64,000 nucleotides of DNA from Lophium mytilinum (GCA_010093605.1 MU004184.1:506801-570800); one strand, 5' to 3'. Numbered from the stretch's first letter, positions 12,741 through 27,151 are shown. Program-made: numbers and translations. The notes: generated by a model not told the origin, from the letters alone.

Positions 12741-13605
12741 TTACTGTCCTTGCTCCCTCCACTCCTGATCATACTCGTTGAGGGTCTTCGGAACATTTTG
12801 TTGGTTGTAGCGATCATACACGCTAAATGGAAATGGTTCCTGTGGAATACGAGGTGCCGAAAGGTGGAGGCTAGGCTCGTCCTCCTCGTCCTGATGCGTC
12901 AGGTTTCGACTTTGGATCGAGGCGCGAGTAGGGGTATGGCTAGGCGACTGGCTGGGGGTGTAAAAGATGTCAGCGGCGCTGCTGCTGTAGCGATCGTTGA
13001 CGCCTGCGTCAGCGATGGAAGAGAGATCAGACATGTCGCCGGGGTATCGATGCTGTGGAGAAGGGGAGGGTTGCTCCTGAGCAGAGTAGTACGATCGATC
13101 GCTGGCGTCCCGTTCTAAGATAAGGTTAATAACTTTGCGATCGATTTGAAAGGAGTACGAAGAGATATCGAGAAAACATACTGGAGCTCGGTGAGCGACT
13201 CGGAGTGCGTCCGCGGCCGGGGCCCAACTTGTTCTGATCTTTGTTCGTTCCTAGGGGATACGGCGTCCACGGGCGGACTCGTTCACTTTCGGGAGTATCA
13301 TTCGGAGTAAGAGTCATCGTGTACTGTGCGACCGGTCGCAGGGGCGTTCCAGTGTTACTGGAGGGTGGAGATAGAGGATCCTGGTGTGTACTTAGGGCTG
13401 ACCCGCAGCCATATTCCTCGTCGCTCTCCTCGAGTTCAAGAGGGTACTTGCAAGACTCGAGGGCAGCAGGATCTCCGCAACCACCGTCGGTGTGTTTGAC
13501 CTCCCATGAGTCGACCTTCTTCTGAGCCGGAGAACGGGCACGGTACTGCTCGTAGTGGTGCGTTGCAGACTCGAACTCCCGGGCAAAGTCCCCGTCAGAC
13601 GACAT
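12741..13605 (-). CDS. Hypothetical Ser/Pro-rich disordered protein, about 265 aa, one intron 13181-13115
   Basis: Two track ORFs join in frame across GTATGT...ATTAAC...TAG; a pyrimidine-rich leader lies upstream. No recognisable domain. Confidence 0.6.
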
Positions 13606-16600
13606 CGTGGAGTGTGGGTTGAAGAGCGGACGCGGAAAGGATGATGATAGGAACCAGCGAAAATCTAGCCCGAAACGATGGTAGTGGTAATATTAGCAGA
13701 AACTTGCAAAGAACGATTCGCCAGCCCAGCTGTCTGCTTGTGTGTAAGCGTGGTCGAGTTGACCGAACAAAGTGAGCGATGTGAAGAGAAACGATTAGGA
13801 GAAGAGAACGGGACGAAGGTAGTAGCAGCAAACACTACGATTAAGATGTCGTTCTGAGAGGAGCGAAGGCAGAGATATTTAAACGAGCGATTGCGGTCCA
13901 CAAAGAACAGCCCCTAGTGTAAGTGAGGGCGGTGTTTGGGTCCGAAAGGAGGGTGGCGGATATCACACGCTCGGCAACGGTGCCACTCCTAGGTCCTTTA
14001 AACGCGGCGGAGATGCAAAAGGGGTCGCAGAAGTGCGAACCACCCGCGAGGCAGCGGACTCACTGCCTTCAGAGCCTTGAATAGCATTGAAAGTAGGCAA
14101 CCATGGACAATTGCGTTCGCGTTGGCCGAATTTTAGGTCAACGCTGCATGCAGCTGCACGTAGTCGTCGCGTGCCTCCCAGGGGACACCGCCGACATTCA
14201 AATTTAGGATCTCGATTTGTGTTCTTTTGACGATTGCGTCTTCCAGGCGGTGTTTCACGTTGCTTCTGTCATGTACGGTAAGATGGGCGCGTATGCGCTG
14301 GTGACATAAGCTGCCCGCGCACACACCCTCTCGCGATATTTTTAGTGGTTGCATGTTTCAACATGTTCAAAAATGAGTTCCGATGTGGTAAGATCTAGAG
14401 CAAGCGTGAGAGTTGTGCGCCGCTTGAAGCAATTGGACGCGTGATTCCAATCCGGCTGACATACTGGGCGACTGTGGTGGAAAAGGCTGTATGTCGACGT
14501 TGTGCAACGCGGATATCAGGCTCCATTCGCTCTTCCAGCTGCGTTTCACAGAGCCTCGTGGGGGAAAACTTTTCGCTGCGTGAAAAGGCCTGCGAGCTGC
14601 GCCCCTGTGTCAAGGTCTTCGAATTCAGGTTGCCTTAGATAGAGGGCTCTCCGTGATGCTTGGCCGGTTGAGTCTGGCGTCACTTAGGTACTTTCAGTTG
14701 CATTAGTGCAGGCCCAACCGTCGCCTGAATTTCACTACGCCGTCCCTGGCTGGACTCCGGGGGAGGCACTGCCATCCTAAGGGCCTGCTAGTGATCCGAT
14801 AGCTTCAGGGGGTACCCGTTGCTGTGGAGCGGTGGCAACGTGGGCCCGCTGTATCCAATTGGAAGCATATAGCGGTCTGAGAGCGATTGACGGATGGCGG
14901 ACGGCAGTGTAGCGGCGGGGCACGTGCGCCGCCTTTACCTGAAAGTAGGGCTGAGAACCCTGCGCAACCCCGGAAATCCACGTCCATTCGACGCCTGTTT
15001 TAAATGAGCAAAGGTGCTTCAGACGCAAGAAGCGGGCTAACGATGCGGCGGCGAGACCTTGACAGCGTAGCGTCGGCGGTGAAAGCCGATCTGTTGATGC
15101 AGTGACAAGTTCAAGAACCTCCGCTTTAGTGGTTCCGGAGGGGTTTGCGGCGTGTCCACAGCTTCCAGTAACGGCTGATAGTCGCTCCAACGGGAGTGTA
15201 AAGGCCGTTGAGGCTCGGCCCAACCCGGTCCAATGAGGAAAATTGGTTGCCATTCTCGTTGGTGAGTGGTTCAGCCTCCTCCAATGGCTAGTCGGCAGTT
15301 CTGGCGGTTACCAAGGCTGTCGGTGGAAGACACGTACATCTGTCTCTGTGCGGGGTTGCTGGGCACCGCTGATGGTCTGGTTGACCGGAAGATGCATGCA
15401 GTATGCACTCCTGACCGTGCAGCATCCCCGGCGGAGCTGGACTTCGTCTCCACACTTCCAGACTAGAAAGAACCTGAGCCTATTAGCAAACAGTATGATA
15501 TCATGAGAAATTGGCGACTCGGCGCTGGGGCATCATGTTGGTGGTGCTCGTAACATGCAGCCAACTCGAAGCACGTTCAGGGTCGATACGCACGGATCCT
15601 TTGGAATATTCCACTGGAACACCAAGAGCTACACAAGTAGGCCACACCTTGGTGTTTCAACTTGCATGGGGCATGCTCGGGCCTTCCTGTGTTCCCTGCG
15701 CCGTTCCCAGAATCTGCCACTTTCCAATTCAGGGACCATGGCGCGTACGGTTGAGATCGGTGAAAGGCTCCTGATTCGCTTCAACCTGCAGCAAAGTCGC
15801 TTCAGTCCTGATCTTGGGTCGATTCGAGGCTCCGCAACGCGTTTCATTGGCCGTCCGCGTCCGGCACAACGGGCGAGTGGACCAACTTGGGTCGCCTGAT
15901 AATGCCTAGAGTCTGCATCTGCGTGTCGTCGCAAGCAATTTGGCTGACACTACCAATAGGCGACCAGGGCAGGGCTTTCGCCACCTGGAAAACGCCGGGC
16001 CATCGTCTTCGAGGGCCTCCCGTCTGCATGGAGACGACGATGTCCCCAGCGACTCGGCCCGCAGCCTCCAGCCTACAGAGGGACCAGTCAATCGTGACAC
16101 CCACTGAGACACCACGTTTTGATCGCTACAGCGTTACATTGACACAAGGCTCGTTTGCCCGGTTCGTTTCTCGATACTGTTTCTATGGTTGGTGTCGACA
16201 TAGGTAGGTAGAGGATGCCGAAGATTCCCACAGATGCCGCTCACTTTGGAGCATCAGTGGATCGCCACGCAAAGCTAACACAACATTTCAATTGCTGATA
16301 GTAGCCTTGTCGGTTCACCTTGGCTATGTTCTCGCCACTGTTTGCCGGAAGCAACGCTGGCGTGGGTGCAGGCTGATGATGTCGATGAAAAGTGTCCACA
16401 CGTGCCATGCTACATAAAATTAGTGCATCGTAGATCATTCAGCTGGAATGTATCCTTGCAATGGCCTGCCAGATCAGTGTTGGCTCGGACTGGATACGTG
16501 GGAACTGCCACACACGCTGCGCCTTGTGAGGATCGTGGCACAGAAAAAGGCATTTTGTGCTATGGTTCTGAAGTCGCCGTTGGCCGATTGATTGGTATCG

Positions 16601-17231
16601 GGGTAGGCGGAGCATGCTGGGGTCTCCATGGTTCGCTGCATGCTCTTCACGTCGTGATGCAGGGCGAGGCACTACGTCTGGATGACTGCAACGTCAGTGG
16701 GAATGGGAAATTTCACAGTACCTGTTACCCAGACTCAATGCTCGCTACCGGTTTCCTAATTGATATTGGTGCATGCGAAGAGACCTGTAGACTGATAGAG
16801 ACCTATGCTCCTCCCTTCATGATTTGCCAAGATCCTGGTCTGGGTGCTGACCGGTGAAATATGTCGGCGATACACACCATGCATATGCTCTCCCCTGCAA
16901 GATGGACCGTCTGATCAGAATTATCGAGTTGTCGAGCGTGTGTACGAGTTTGAAGGACGATCGCGTTGATACGAATGATGCGAAAAAATGCCGGAACGGA
17001 AAGAGGAATTTTTTAGTACTGTTGCCATCCGAATTGATGCTGCGTATGCACATCTACCACCTTCGTCTTTTATTCGTCGATATCATACCCATGATCACAT
17101 GCTAGCCTTCTAGCTGTCAAAACCCGAACCGGGCCTGAGAAAGCAGAGAACTTTTGGTCTCCGGCATTGCCGACGCCGGACGCCTACTATGCCTCCGCAA
17201 CGAGAAGAAGTGATGAGAATCTAGGAAACCT

Positions 17232-18478
<1,247 letters not shown>

Positions 18479-19368
18479 GATGGATGGGCTGCGAGGAAGA
18501 ACAGAAGACAATTGCTCAATGGGTATCAGTTGGACGTCTAGAGGTTAGCTGAGAGTTGTAGAGGGCGTGAAGATATTTATGAGTCGAGAGATGCCCTTTG
18601 ACTCCGATGACGGCTTATATTTCCATTGGTTGTCAGTAGTGGGCGAGGTCTCTCCCATCGGATCCGGCCAGGGTTCGCCCAGTGGTGGTTGCACGCCTGA
18701 CGAAATCTTTGCGGAAAAAACTCATCCCACGCCACTTGATCACTCCAATTACCTATGTGTGCGGAGAGACGTCTCACTGCCCAATTCCGCCTCAATGCAA
18801 GGTTACTATTGTCCAGCACGAGTTTCACGCATGTCGTCTCAGAGAACTAATCGCCGTCGTTGCCGACTTGTGGGTGGCGCTCTGACAGCAAGGAAGTCTC
18901 AATTGTGATTGCAATCATAGGCGGGTTTGCGAACTTCCTCGCCGCATCTTGACCGCCTCGCCGAACCCTCTCTACTTGTTTATGCACCGTAGTCTGCAAT
19001 GTCAGACAGGCACCAACTGTGGTCCGCCGTCTGGACTGCCCCGGATGTCCCTTGCACAGCATAGTCAGCATTCCTTGCTCCGGAGGACTCTCCCCGATGT
19101 CATCATCTCGGCCATTATCAGTACATGGCGGATCCGAGGAAAGTTGGGGAAGAGATGCATGGCTCTATACCAACGACCTCGTTAACCTTCCACGAGAAGA
19201 GCTACCGGCATGGGGCGGCCTCAAACTCTTGGGCACTACGCACCCTCGACGTCACTGAGGGGCTTCCAGAATTTGCCTACCAACACCATGTTAAACCTCA
19301 ATTGCTCTATTCTCAGTCTGCTAACAGCTAAATAACACTAACCCGACAAATAGCACAGCACCACAGCC

Positions 19369-20472
19369 ATGTCGATCGACCTCGCAACTCTCACGAACAT
19401 CCCCATCAGCTACGCGTCCTGCTCCATCGGAAATTCATCCACTCCTCTTCCCGAGAAACTCGACGCCCTATCCAAAACCGGCTTCGAAGGCATCGAGCTC
19501 TCCTTTCCCGATATACTTGCCTTCGGCAAGCTACATCTAGGCCATGATATCAAGCCCGACAATTACGGTGAGCTCGAGAAGGTTGCCACGGAGATAAAAG
19601 ACATGTGCAAGGCGCGGAATCTCAAAATCATGCTACTACAACCCTTCGCGAATTTCGAAGGATGGCCGCAAAACTCCGAGGAGCACAAAGACGCCCTAGA
19701 GCGGGCGGCGGGATGGATCAGAATCATGCAGGCTTGTGGGTGTGATATCCTCCAGGTATAACCACCCTACCCACCATCACAGATACCTATCCTAATTATG
19801 AATCTCCAGGTCGGCTCCACAGACACTCCCATAGAGAAACTCGACAAAAGCCGCATCATCCCCGACCTCCGCCACCTCGCTGACCTACTTGCCGCCCAAA
19901 ACTTCCGCCTCGCATACGAGAATTGGTGTTGGTCCTCCCACGCGCCCGACTGGCGCGACTGCTGGGATATAGTCAAGGCCGTAGACCGACCAAACATCGG
20001 CCTGTGTCTCGACACCTTCCAAACTGCCGGGGGCGAGTGGGCAGACCCAACAACGTCCTCGGGTATCATCGAGTCCATACCCCGTGAAGAGCTCGAGGAG
20101 AAGTTTCACAAGAGCATGATGGAGCTGGGCAACACAATACCGAAGGATAAAATATATCTGCTTCAAATTTCGGACGCTTACAAGGTACCCCGCCCCATCG
20201 ACCCCTCGCCTGATGAGAGCGGCCTCAGGCCAAGAGGGCGCTGGAGCCACGACTTTAGGCCGCTCCCATATAATGGCGGCTACCTGCCCATAGTAGAGGT
20301 AGCAAGGGGAGTACTGAGGACGGGATTTAGGGGTTGGTTCTCATACGAGGTGTTCGATGGTGGTCCTGAAGGGAAGGACATAGAGCGGGAGTGGGATTTG
20401 CTTTCGTACGCGAAGACGGCGAGGACTGTGCAGGATAGGCTGATGATGGAATGTGGAGGGAAGTACATGTAA
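19369..20472 (+). CDS. Xylose-isomerase-like TIM barrel protein, 3-dehydroshikimate dehydratase (qa-4/QutC)-like family; intron 19756-19809
   Basis: GFEGIELSFPD, LQPFANFEGW, AYENWCW, DRPNIGLCLDTFQ, LQISDA, WSHDFRPLP, GWFSYEVF are motifs typical of this family. The substrate is inferred. Confidence 0.8.
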
Positions 20473-20890
20473 GAATTAAGTGCATATCATATGCTAGGGT
20501 ATACCAACATTCACCTTGGAATCGTTCTCACTGCAAGAGTAAATTGTCTTCAGAAACTAACATTCACGTGATATTATATTACGTCAGCTACCGCCTCCGA
20601 ATCAACGTCCCGTCCAACACAACACAATCCAAAGCCCATAGCCGTCTTTATCATCCCGGCCGTCAAAGTCTCACTCAAACAAGCAGAACATCACAATATG
20701 TAGCGTGAAAGAACATAACACAAAGCTATTTTTACTATTTTATTGTCTTCCCGAATCACTCGACACTACAAAGGAGAAAACTAAGAAAGAACGCTGATCA
20801 CCTCAAACAAAGGGGCTGCCGACACTCCTACCACCGCCCGAAACAATGACAAGGTCGTCAGATGAAAGATGGCAAAAAGCCAATTAAGAA

Positions 20891-22774
20891 CTAGCAGTTT
20901 TGCCCAGGATACGGGCACCACTTCTTGCTCTTCGTCTCCGTGGGCTCCGGCTTTTGGGAGGGCACGTGGCACTTCTGGCCGGGGTACGGACACCATGGCG
21001 CCTTCGTGCTCGTAGGCTCCATGGTCGGGGTAGGTTGTGGGGCGTCGCTTTGCTTCGTGCTCCAAGTGATTATATTTGAGGGCTTTGCGGACGAAGAAGC
21101 GGGGGTTGGGGTAGGCTTCTTCGAACTTGGTGCATGGCTTGAAACTGACATCGAACTCGGCGTATGGCTGGCAGCCGACTTCGAGCTCGGCGCATGGCTT
21201 GAAGCTAACTTGGCGCTGGAGGTTGGCTTTAAACTAGCACTATGTGCGGAATTCTGCGTTGAGACGTCAGCAATGCAGGCTTCTGAGGCGGGAGGGGAGG
21301 CGAGTGCGTACCTAGTCACAACAGGGATGCTGGGACTCGGGTTCTCGTCCACTACCAGCCCTTCCCGCACGCGTTCCGCATTCTTGTGGTTGGCAGAGGG
21401 GGTGATGATGGGTTCAGCGGAGTAGTGAAGCCCAGTGAAAGCACCAACGGCCGGTGAGGGCTCGGCCCTCCGTTCTCCGACAATGTGGGTGAGAGTCCTA
21501 GGCGGGACGTACTTGGATGAAGAAGGGGGTGGTGGTGGTGGCGGTGGCGGCGGGGTAGATTTGGGTGGAGGGGGTGGAGGGGGTGTCGACGACGTAGTAG
21601 GGCCCAAGCTGAAGGTATACGAAACCTTCGCCGGCGCGGTGGGTGGGTGCTCCACATGACCTGAGGGAGTTGACAAGTACGTTACGACAGATCCTGGCGA
21701 GGTGGCGATTGGTAGTCCGCACTCGAAGATCGTAGACGGCGGCTTGGTCGACACGATGGTCACTGGCTGCAGGTTTATCGTGGGGACAATTTGGGGTCCG
21801 TTCGTGAAGAGTTTCGAGAGCAGTGGATTAACAGCGTCTGATTTGTCTGCCCTGCGGAAGTCGCGAGGATGGTGAGCCGTAACAGACGCCGCTGGGATGT
21901 TTATCTTCGATTTCAGTTCCGCAAGGGCACTGCCTGTGACTGGGATAACGACGATGGCTGTGCTGTGAGAGCTAGAGCTACTGTGGGCCGGCGTTGGTTT
22001 TGGGCTCGTTGGCTGTTTGCTACTGGAGGCCATCGACGCGGCAGGGTTGGTATTCGAGGGGTAGAGGATGGTGAAGAAATCACTAGACTGCGTGCTGACC
22101 GGCGGCTTAACTGGGGCAGATGACGGGGGTAGCATAGCACTTCCAAGGCTTGAGCCATGGGATAGAGTCAACCTCGAGTACGCCAGTGGATTGTTGGCTG
22201 CAGGCTTGCTGGAGGCTGAATTGCTGGTTGCAGGCTTGCTAGCCGCTGGAGTGCCGGTCGCAGGCTTGCTAGCCGTGGAGTTGCTGGCCATCGGGATGCT
22301 TGGGGCTAGTGTCGCCTTCGACGCTTTACAGTAGCTTCGATTCGAAGACTGGGTGCTCGGCTTCCACGTATACTTGGGGAAGGGTAGCGACGACGGGGTG
22401 ACAATGGAAGAGGCTGAATAATGAATGCCGGAGAATCCGACACGGGATGCCGACACAACAATTGTTGGTGAGTCGACGATGCTCTTGCTGTTGGAGTTCA
22501 CAGATTGAACAGATTGGATGGTAGCCGGGGGAGGCACCTGGAGCTGGCCGTTTGATATTTGAGTCACAGGAAGGAGACCTGCTGAGAGAGCACTCTGCGA
22601 GGCGGTGACGGTTTCAAAGACAGTGTAAAACGATGTCTTCGTTGGCGTCGCGACTGGGACTGTTACTACCTGAGTAACGGTCACAACGGTTTCGCCGGCT
22701 TGTCGGGGCAAAACAGCTGCAGAATTGGCCAACTGAGTGGCCAAGAGGATGAGGGAAATAACGACTAGAAACAT
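20891..22774 (-). CDS. Secreted Ser/Thr/Pro-rich cell-wall-like protein with a PIR-like motif and two C-terminal WCPYPGQxC repeats
   Basis: 627-aa ORF; hydrophobic signal peptide MFLVVISLILLATQLANS; VTQISNGQLQ; mucin-like composition; internal repeats. Confidence 0.85.
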   Translation of the reverse strand: MFLVVISLILLATQLANSAAVLPRQAGETVVTVTQVVTVPVATPTKTSFYTVFETVTASQSALSAGLLPVTQISNGQLQVPPPATIQSVQSVNSNSKSIVDSPTIVVSASRVGFSGIHYSASSIVTPSSLPFPKYTWKPSTQSSNRSYCKASKATLAPSIPMASNSTASKPATGTPAASKPATSNSASSKPAANNPLAYSRLTLSHGSSLGSAMLPPSSAPVKPPVSTQSSDFFTILYPSNTNPAASMASSSKQPTSPKPTPAHSSSSSHSTAIVVIPVTGSALAELKSKINIPAASVTAHHPRDFRRADKSDAVNPLLSKLFTNGPQIVPTINLQPVTIVSTKPPSTIFECGLPIATSPGSVVTYLSTPSGHVEHPPTAPAKVSYTFSLGPTTSSTPPPPPPPKSTPPPPPPPPPPSSSKYVPPRTLTHIVGERRAEPSPAVGAFTGLHYSAEPIITPSANHKNAERVREGLVVDENPSPSIPVVTRYALASPPASEACIADVSTQNSAHSASLKPTSSAKLASSHAPSSKSAASHTPSSMSVSSHAPSSKKPTPTPASSSAKPSNIITWSTKQSDAPQPTPTMEPTSTKAPWCPYPGQKCHVPSQKPEPTETKSKKWCPYPGQNC

Positions 22775-23729
22775 TTTGATGCGTTGCTGAAATGATTAAC
22801 GAGTGTTGGGGAGTATATCAGATATAGGTCAACTATTACGGACTTGAGTAGGATCAGGAAGAACGACAAGAGGAATGGAGCTTTTTGATGATATACGTCT
22901 AGTCATGAACAACAATAGGAAGCAGGCCTTTGTCCTCCAGAATACAATCGGCTCATGATTCAATGACATTATGCCCCGCATCGGCCTTCACTGTGAGATG
23001 GTATTCCTTTCAGCCCCAAACGCCTACAAAGAAGACAAAGAGCTGAAGCAATGCCATGTACATCAGCCGAAGCTATATTTGCAACAGCTGGTCGAATCGG
23101 AATCCTCAAAAGCATCGGGGGTAGGGAAACGCCGCCAGCACCTTTAGAAACCGGACTCCTACCACATTTGCGGGTAGTATAATGAGTGCTATGAATGAAG
23201 AGCTCAGATGCCAAGGATGCAGCTGCCTCACGCTTCTAGTTCAGATCGCCGCCTTGAATGGCAGCCAGCGGACTGCATGAGGAGCCAATGCCGAACAAGA
23301 GAAGCACAGCTCACCTAAAAGAACTCGACCATGGCTCGCCATTGTGCTTCACAAGCACTCAATAATACTTGCAGATAGCGGGTGGCGAAGCTTCGATAGT
23401 CGTGATGAAAGCAGAGTCAACACGCTGGAATGCCGCTAAGGCGCCATCGTAGGCGTCAGTGACACTTCACTTTGGAAACCATGGTCAGATTTGGCCCTGG
23501 CGTGTATGGATCATTCTTATGGTAGAGTTGATCGAGCTGGGAGGTTTTGGGGTGGCACACTAGGCTGGTGAAGGTCGTAGATAGCGTCTCGGGTCGTGGC
23601 AGGCAAGATACAGAATCTAATGCAGGAAACACAAAGCCAAAAGGGACAGCCGTGATGAATGAAGCTGGCGACCGCCTCCCAAATCGATGACAAGCACACA
23701 TTGGTGGTGTTGAGGTGGGTCGCCGTCGG

Positions 23730-23749
23730 CCAATGAGTGGCACTGCAAT
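23730..23749 (+). promoter_or_regulatory. CCAAT box matching the bipartite CBC:HapX consensus CSAAT-N12-RWT upstream of CYT1
   Basis: CCAAT gagtggcactgc AAT, 185 bp upstream of the CYT1 ATG. Confidence 0.55.
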
Positions 23750-23914
23750 GAACTGACCGCCAAGACACGGTAGCGGCAGCGTCGAATCTTGCGAAGGAGC
23801 AAGTGCACCCAACGTCTCTCCTCTAAGCCGAGCCACCTCCTCCACCACGACCCGCCGACCCCCCAATTGACCCTCTCCGCTCCTCTCCCGGCTTTGAGCC
23901 AGCTCGACATCACA

Positions 23915-25203
23915 ATGTTGGCCAGATCGTGCCTCCGCTCGGCGCGCTCGGTCGGCCCAGCTGCGCGCAACATCGCCAGCAAAACAGCTTCGGTACGCCC
24001 CGTCCATCCCATCCGGCCGCAGTGCTGCCTCGCCAGTGCCATCTCGAGCTGAGCGGCATTCAATTGACTCGGGGGCTGACACATTGGCTATCTAGCGTTC
24101 GGCCTCATCATCCAGCTCCTCAGCCGAGGAAGCTGCCTCATCCTGGCGGACGAAGGCCCTCAGCGGAGGCTCCCTCGCTGTCGCCATCGGATCCGTAGCA
24201 TGGTACAACTATCAGTACGGCATGAGTGCTGATGCCATGACGCCGGCAGAAGAGGGGTGAGTGAATTGGACGGATACGCGGATCACCGGATCGTGGGCTG
24301 CATTTCACGGAAACCTCGAATACTGACTTTCTGGCCACCAATAGTCTCCATCCTACCGCATATCCCTGGGAACACACCAAATGGAGCAAGACCTACGACC
24401 ATGCTGCGTGAGTGCCTCAATTGAGTGTTTCCGAATTTTGAGACTGACCACCACAGTCTCCGCCGAGGCTTCATGGTCTACCGCGAAGTCTGCGCCTCCT
24501 GCCATTCCCTCGCTCGTATCCCCTACCGATCGCTCGTTGGTGTTGCCATGACCGTGGATGAGGCGAAGGCGATGGCTGAGGAGAACGAATACGATACTGA
24601 ACCCAATGACGAGGGCGAGATTGAGAAGCGACCCGGCAAGCTGTCCGACTACCTCCCCAGCCCATACAAAAACGATGAGGCTGCTCGCGCTGCCAACAAC
24701 GGTGCTCTGCCCCCAGATCTGAGTTTGATGGTCAAGGCCCGCCATGGTGGCTGCGACTACATCTTCAACCTATTGACTGGATACCCCGAGGAGCCCCCAG
24801 CGGGAGCTGTCGTCCCAGAGGGCCTAAACTTCAACCCCTACTTCCCAGGAACTGGAATCGCCATGGCCCGTGTGCTGTACGATGACCTTGTCGAGTACGA
24901 AGACGGCACACCCGCGTCGACTTCCCAAATGGCCAAGGACGTTGTAGAATTCCTGAACTGGTCCGCAGAACCCGAGGCAGACGAGAGGAAAAAGATGGGC
25001 TGGAAGGTGTTGGCCGTCACCAGTGTTCTGTTCGGTCTCAGCGTATGGGTCAAGCGGTAATAATATATCCCCAGTTTCCTTCCAGTTTCCTTTGCTCCGA
25101 AATTAAACTAACAATCCCCAGTTACAAATGGTCGACAATCAAGACCCGGAAGCTAGTCTACAACCCACCCGTCGCCGGCGCGAAGAGCCCTTTTAAGAAG
25201 TAA
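23915..25203 (+). CDS. CYT1: Cytochrome c1, mitochondrial (4 introns)
   Basis: Arg/Ser-rich presequence, [30 protein letters not shown] heme motif, [21 protein letters not shown]-terminal TM helix then KR|YKW. Confidence 0.97.
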
Positions 25204-25810
25204 ACCGGGGATCATGTATGGGAGGCTTAAGGAGATATTTGGGTCGATGGGTTTCATATGCAAGGCACTGGGAGCGATGCCGTGTCTACTACTTGTACAG
25301 CACTAGAAAAACACTACTGGCTCCACCTTTTTCCTTTGATTGTGCGATAGACACCCGGGGTGCTGCACGGAGAGGTGCGGTTGATTTGTGTACTACCAAA
25401 TGCATGTTGTTTGATCTATCCCGGTGCAAACATTTGTTGTCACTAACTAAAACGGGTGTGGGAGAGTATAAGGTCTAGGTCATCCTATCGGAGTTCCAAA
25501 CTCGGTCTATAAGAAGACATTCACTTGGCTAACTAGTGATAAACAGTGAAACAGAAAAATAGGATTCAGCATCCAAGCAACAACCGATAACACAATAAGA
25601 CATCGCAATCTACCGAGCCGCGCCAGTCCACCTAGGGCTCAAAACTCCCCATCTCAAACCAGCACGACCAAACAGTGTAACAGTAACAATAACAGAAAGA
25701 AACCAAATTGAAGACTCGACCGAAAGGTCTTCATTCCTCCAGCAATCCCCCTTCGCCTACGCTGCGCTTTCTAGTCCCCTCGTGGATTCATTTGCCTAAC
25801 CTGCTGGAAT

Positions 25811-26224
25811 TCATCGATACCTATTGTCCCGGTACTTTGTGCACTTCTCACTGGGGCAAAAAAAGTTGTCAACCCAGATGCGGCCCGGAACGCCTTCTCT
25901 ACTCGTATCGGGGAGGATGCACTCGCAGGGCTTCCCCTCTTTTCGCAAGGGGCACTTCTCTATGTCATCCTCGTTGTATTTTGAGCCTTCCTTCACTACA
26001 CGGATACAGTATGCGCATTTGTACCGACGTATGGAACAGATTTTCTCTTTCTTAAGACTCTTAACCTCGTCCTCCTTTCGGTCTTCGCTTGGTGATTGAT
26101 TTGCTTCTCCTTCTGGAGCTGGAGATTTATCCCGGGTTGGCTTGATCGCCTTCCCTTTTTCGATAGGAGCTGGAGTCTCGAGGGGAGCAGCATCCCTGAC
26201 TGGGGCATCTGCAGCTGTCGGCAT
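25811..26224 (-). CDS. Small 8-cysteine protein A (137 aa), putative Zn-binding, no signal peptide
   Basis: C-x6-C-x2-C-x17-C-x8-C-x-C-x20-C-x4-C; 5'UTR intron 26380-26286 (GTAATC..GCTGAC..CAG); TATA at about 26541-26548. Confidence 0.65.
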   Translation of the reverse strand: MPTAADAPVRDAAPLETPAPIEKGKAIKPTRDKSPAPEGEANQSPSEDRKEDEVKSLKKEKICSIRRYKCAYCIRVVKEGSKYNEDDIEKCPLRKEGKPCECILPDTSREGVPGRIWVDNFFCPSEKCTKYRDNRYR

Positions 26225-27151
26225 ATTGAGTGGCGGATGAGGCAACGAGGTTGTATCTTTGGTCGGGTCGTGAGTAGTCGAGAGTCTGCGTTCACATAGT
26301 CAGCGCCCAGGGTCAAAGTTAGTAAAACATTTATAAGATGCTGCCTACACTTTAATGGTGCCAGCAAGCTCCTAGATTACTTGTGTTCTCGATAGTATTT
26401 CCTTAGCTAAGTATATGAAGGAAGCGAGGAATAGATCCTGATGAAAGTGTTGAAGATGGACGTTTATGAAAGTACTCAATCAGTAATTGGTAATTCGTAG
26501 GTGGATGCGGATGGTGGAGGAATATCCCCATCGGCGCGGGTTATATACAGGCTTGAGCACGTCCTCTTCTTGGCTTTCGATGACTATACTTCTACCCACA
26601 TCTGTCACTGCTATGAAACATGGCTATTGCGGCGCTGAGTCTTGATGAGTCTCCAGAATATCAAATGACTGACTGCGGTTCTTATCAGGGATCAATTCAA
26701 AAGAAGACATTGACTTAGCTAACTAGTTATAAACAGGCAAGGAGAGAAGCCAAAGCAAGAATAAAAGGAAATCTAATATTCATGCAACAACTACAATATC
26801 CAAGAAACCCTTCAATCAAGCACCGCCTCCAAAGTTCGCTCCAGGCAAAAGAGATAGCTTCCAAACCAAAGAAATCTAATATTCACGCAATGGCCAGAAT
26901 TCCCAAGAAACACTACAGTCCAGTAAGCCCTCCCAGCCCATGTCCTAGTCGAGCAATCCACCCCTCCAAGCACAATCTGATACCAAAGGAAAATACACCC
27001 AAGCAACAATACAAATGCTCAAGATACACTACAGTCTAAGAAATCCTCCGAGTCCATCTCCACATCGAACACTTCACTTCTCCCAGTGCAAGCTCTGTCG
27101 AAACCAAGCATTCGGCTCCGCCTGTGCCTAGAGGTTTGAGTAGAACGTGCT

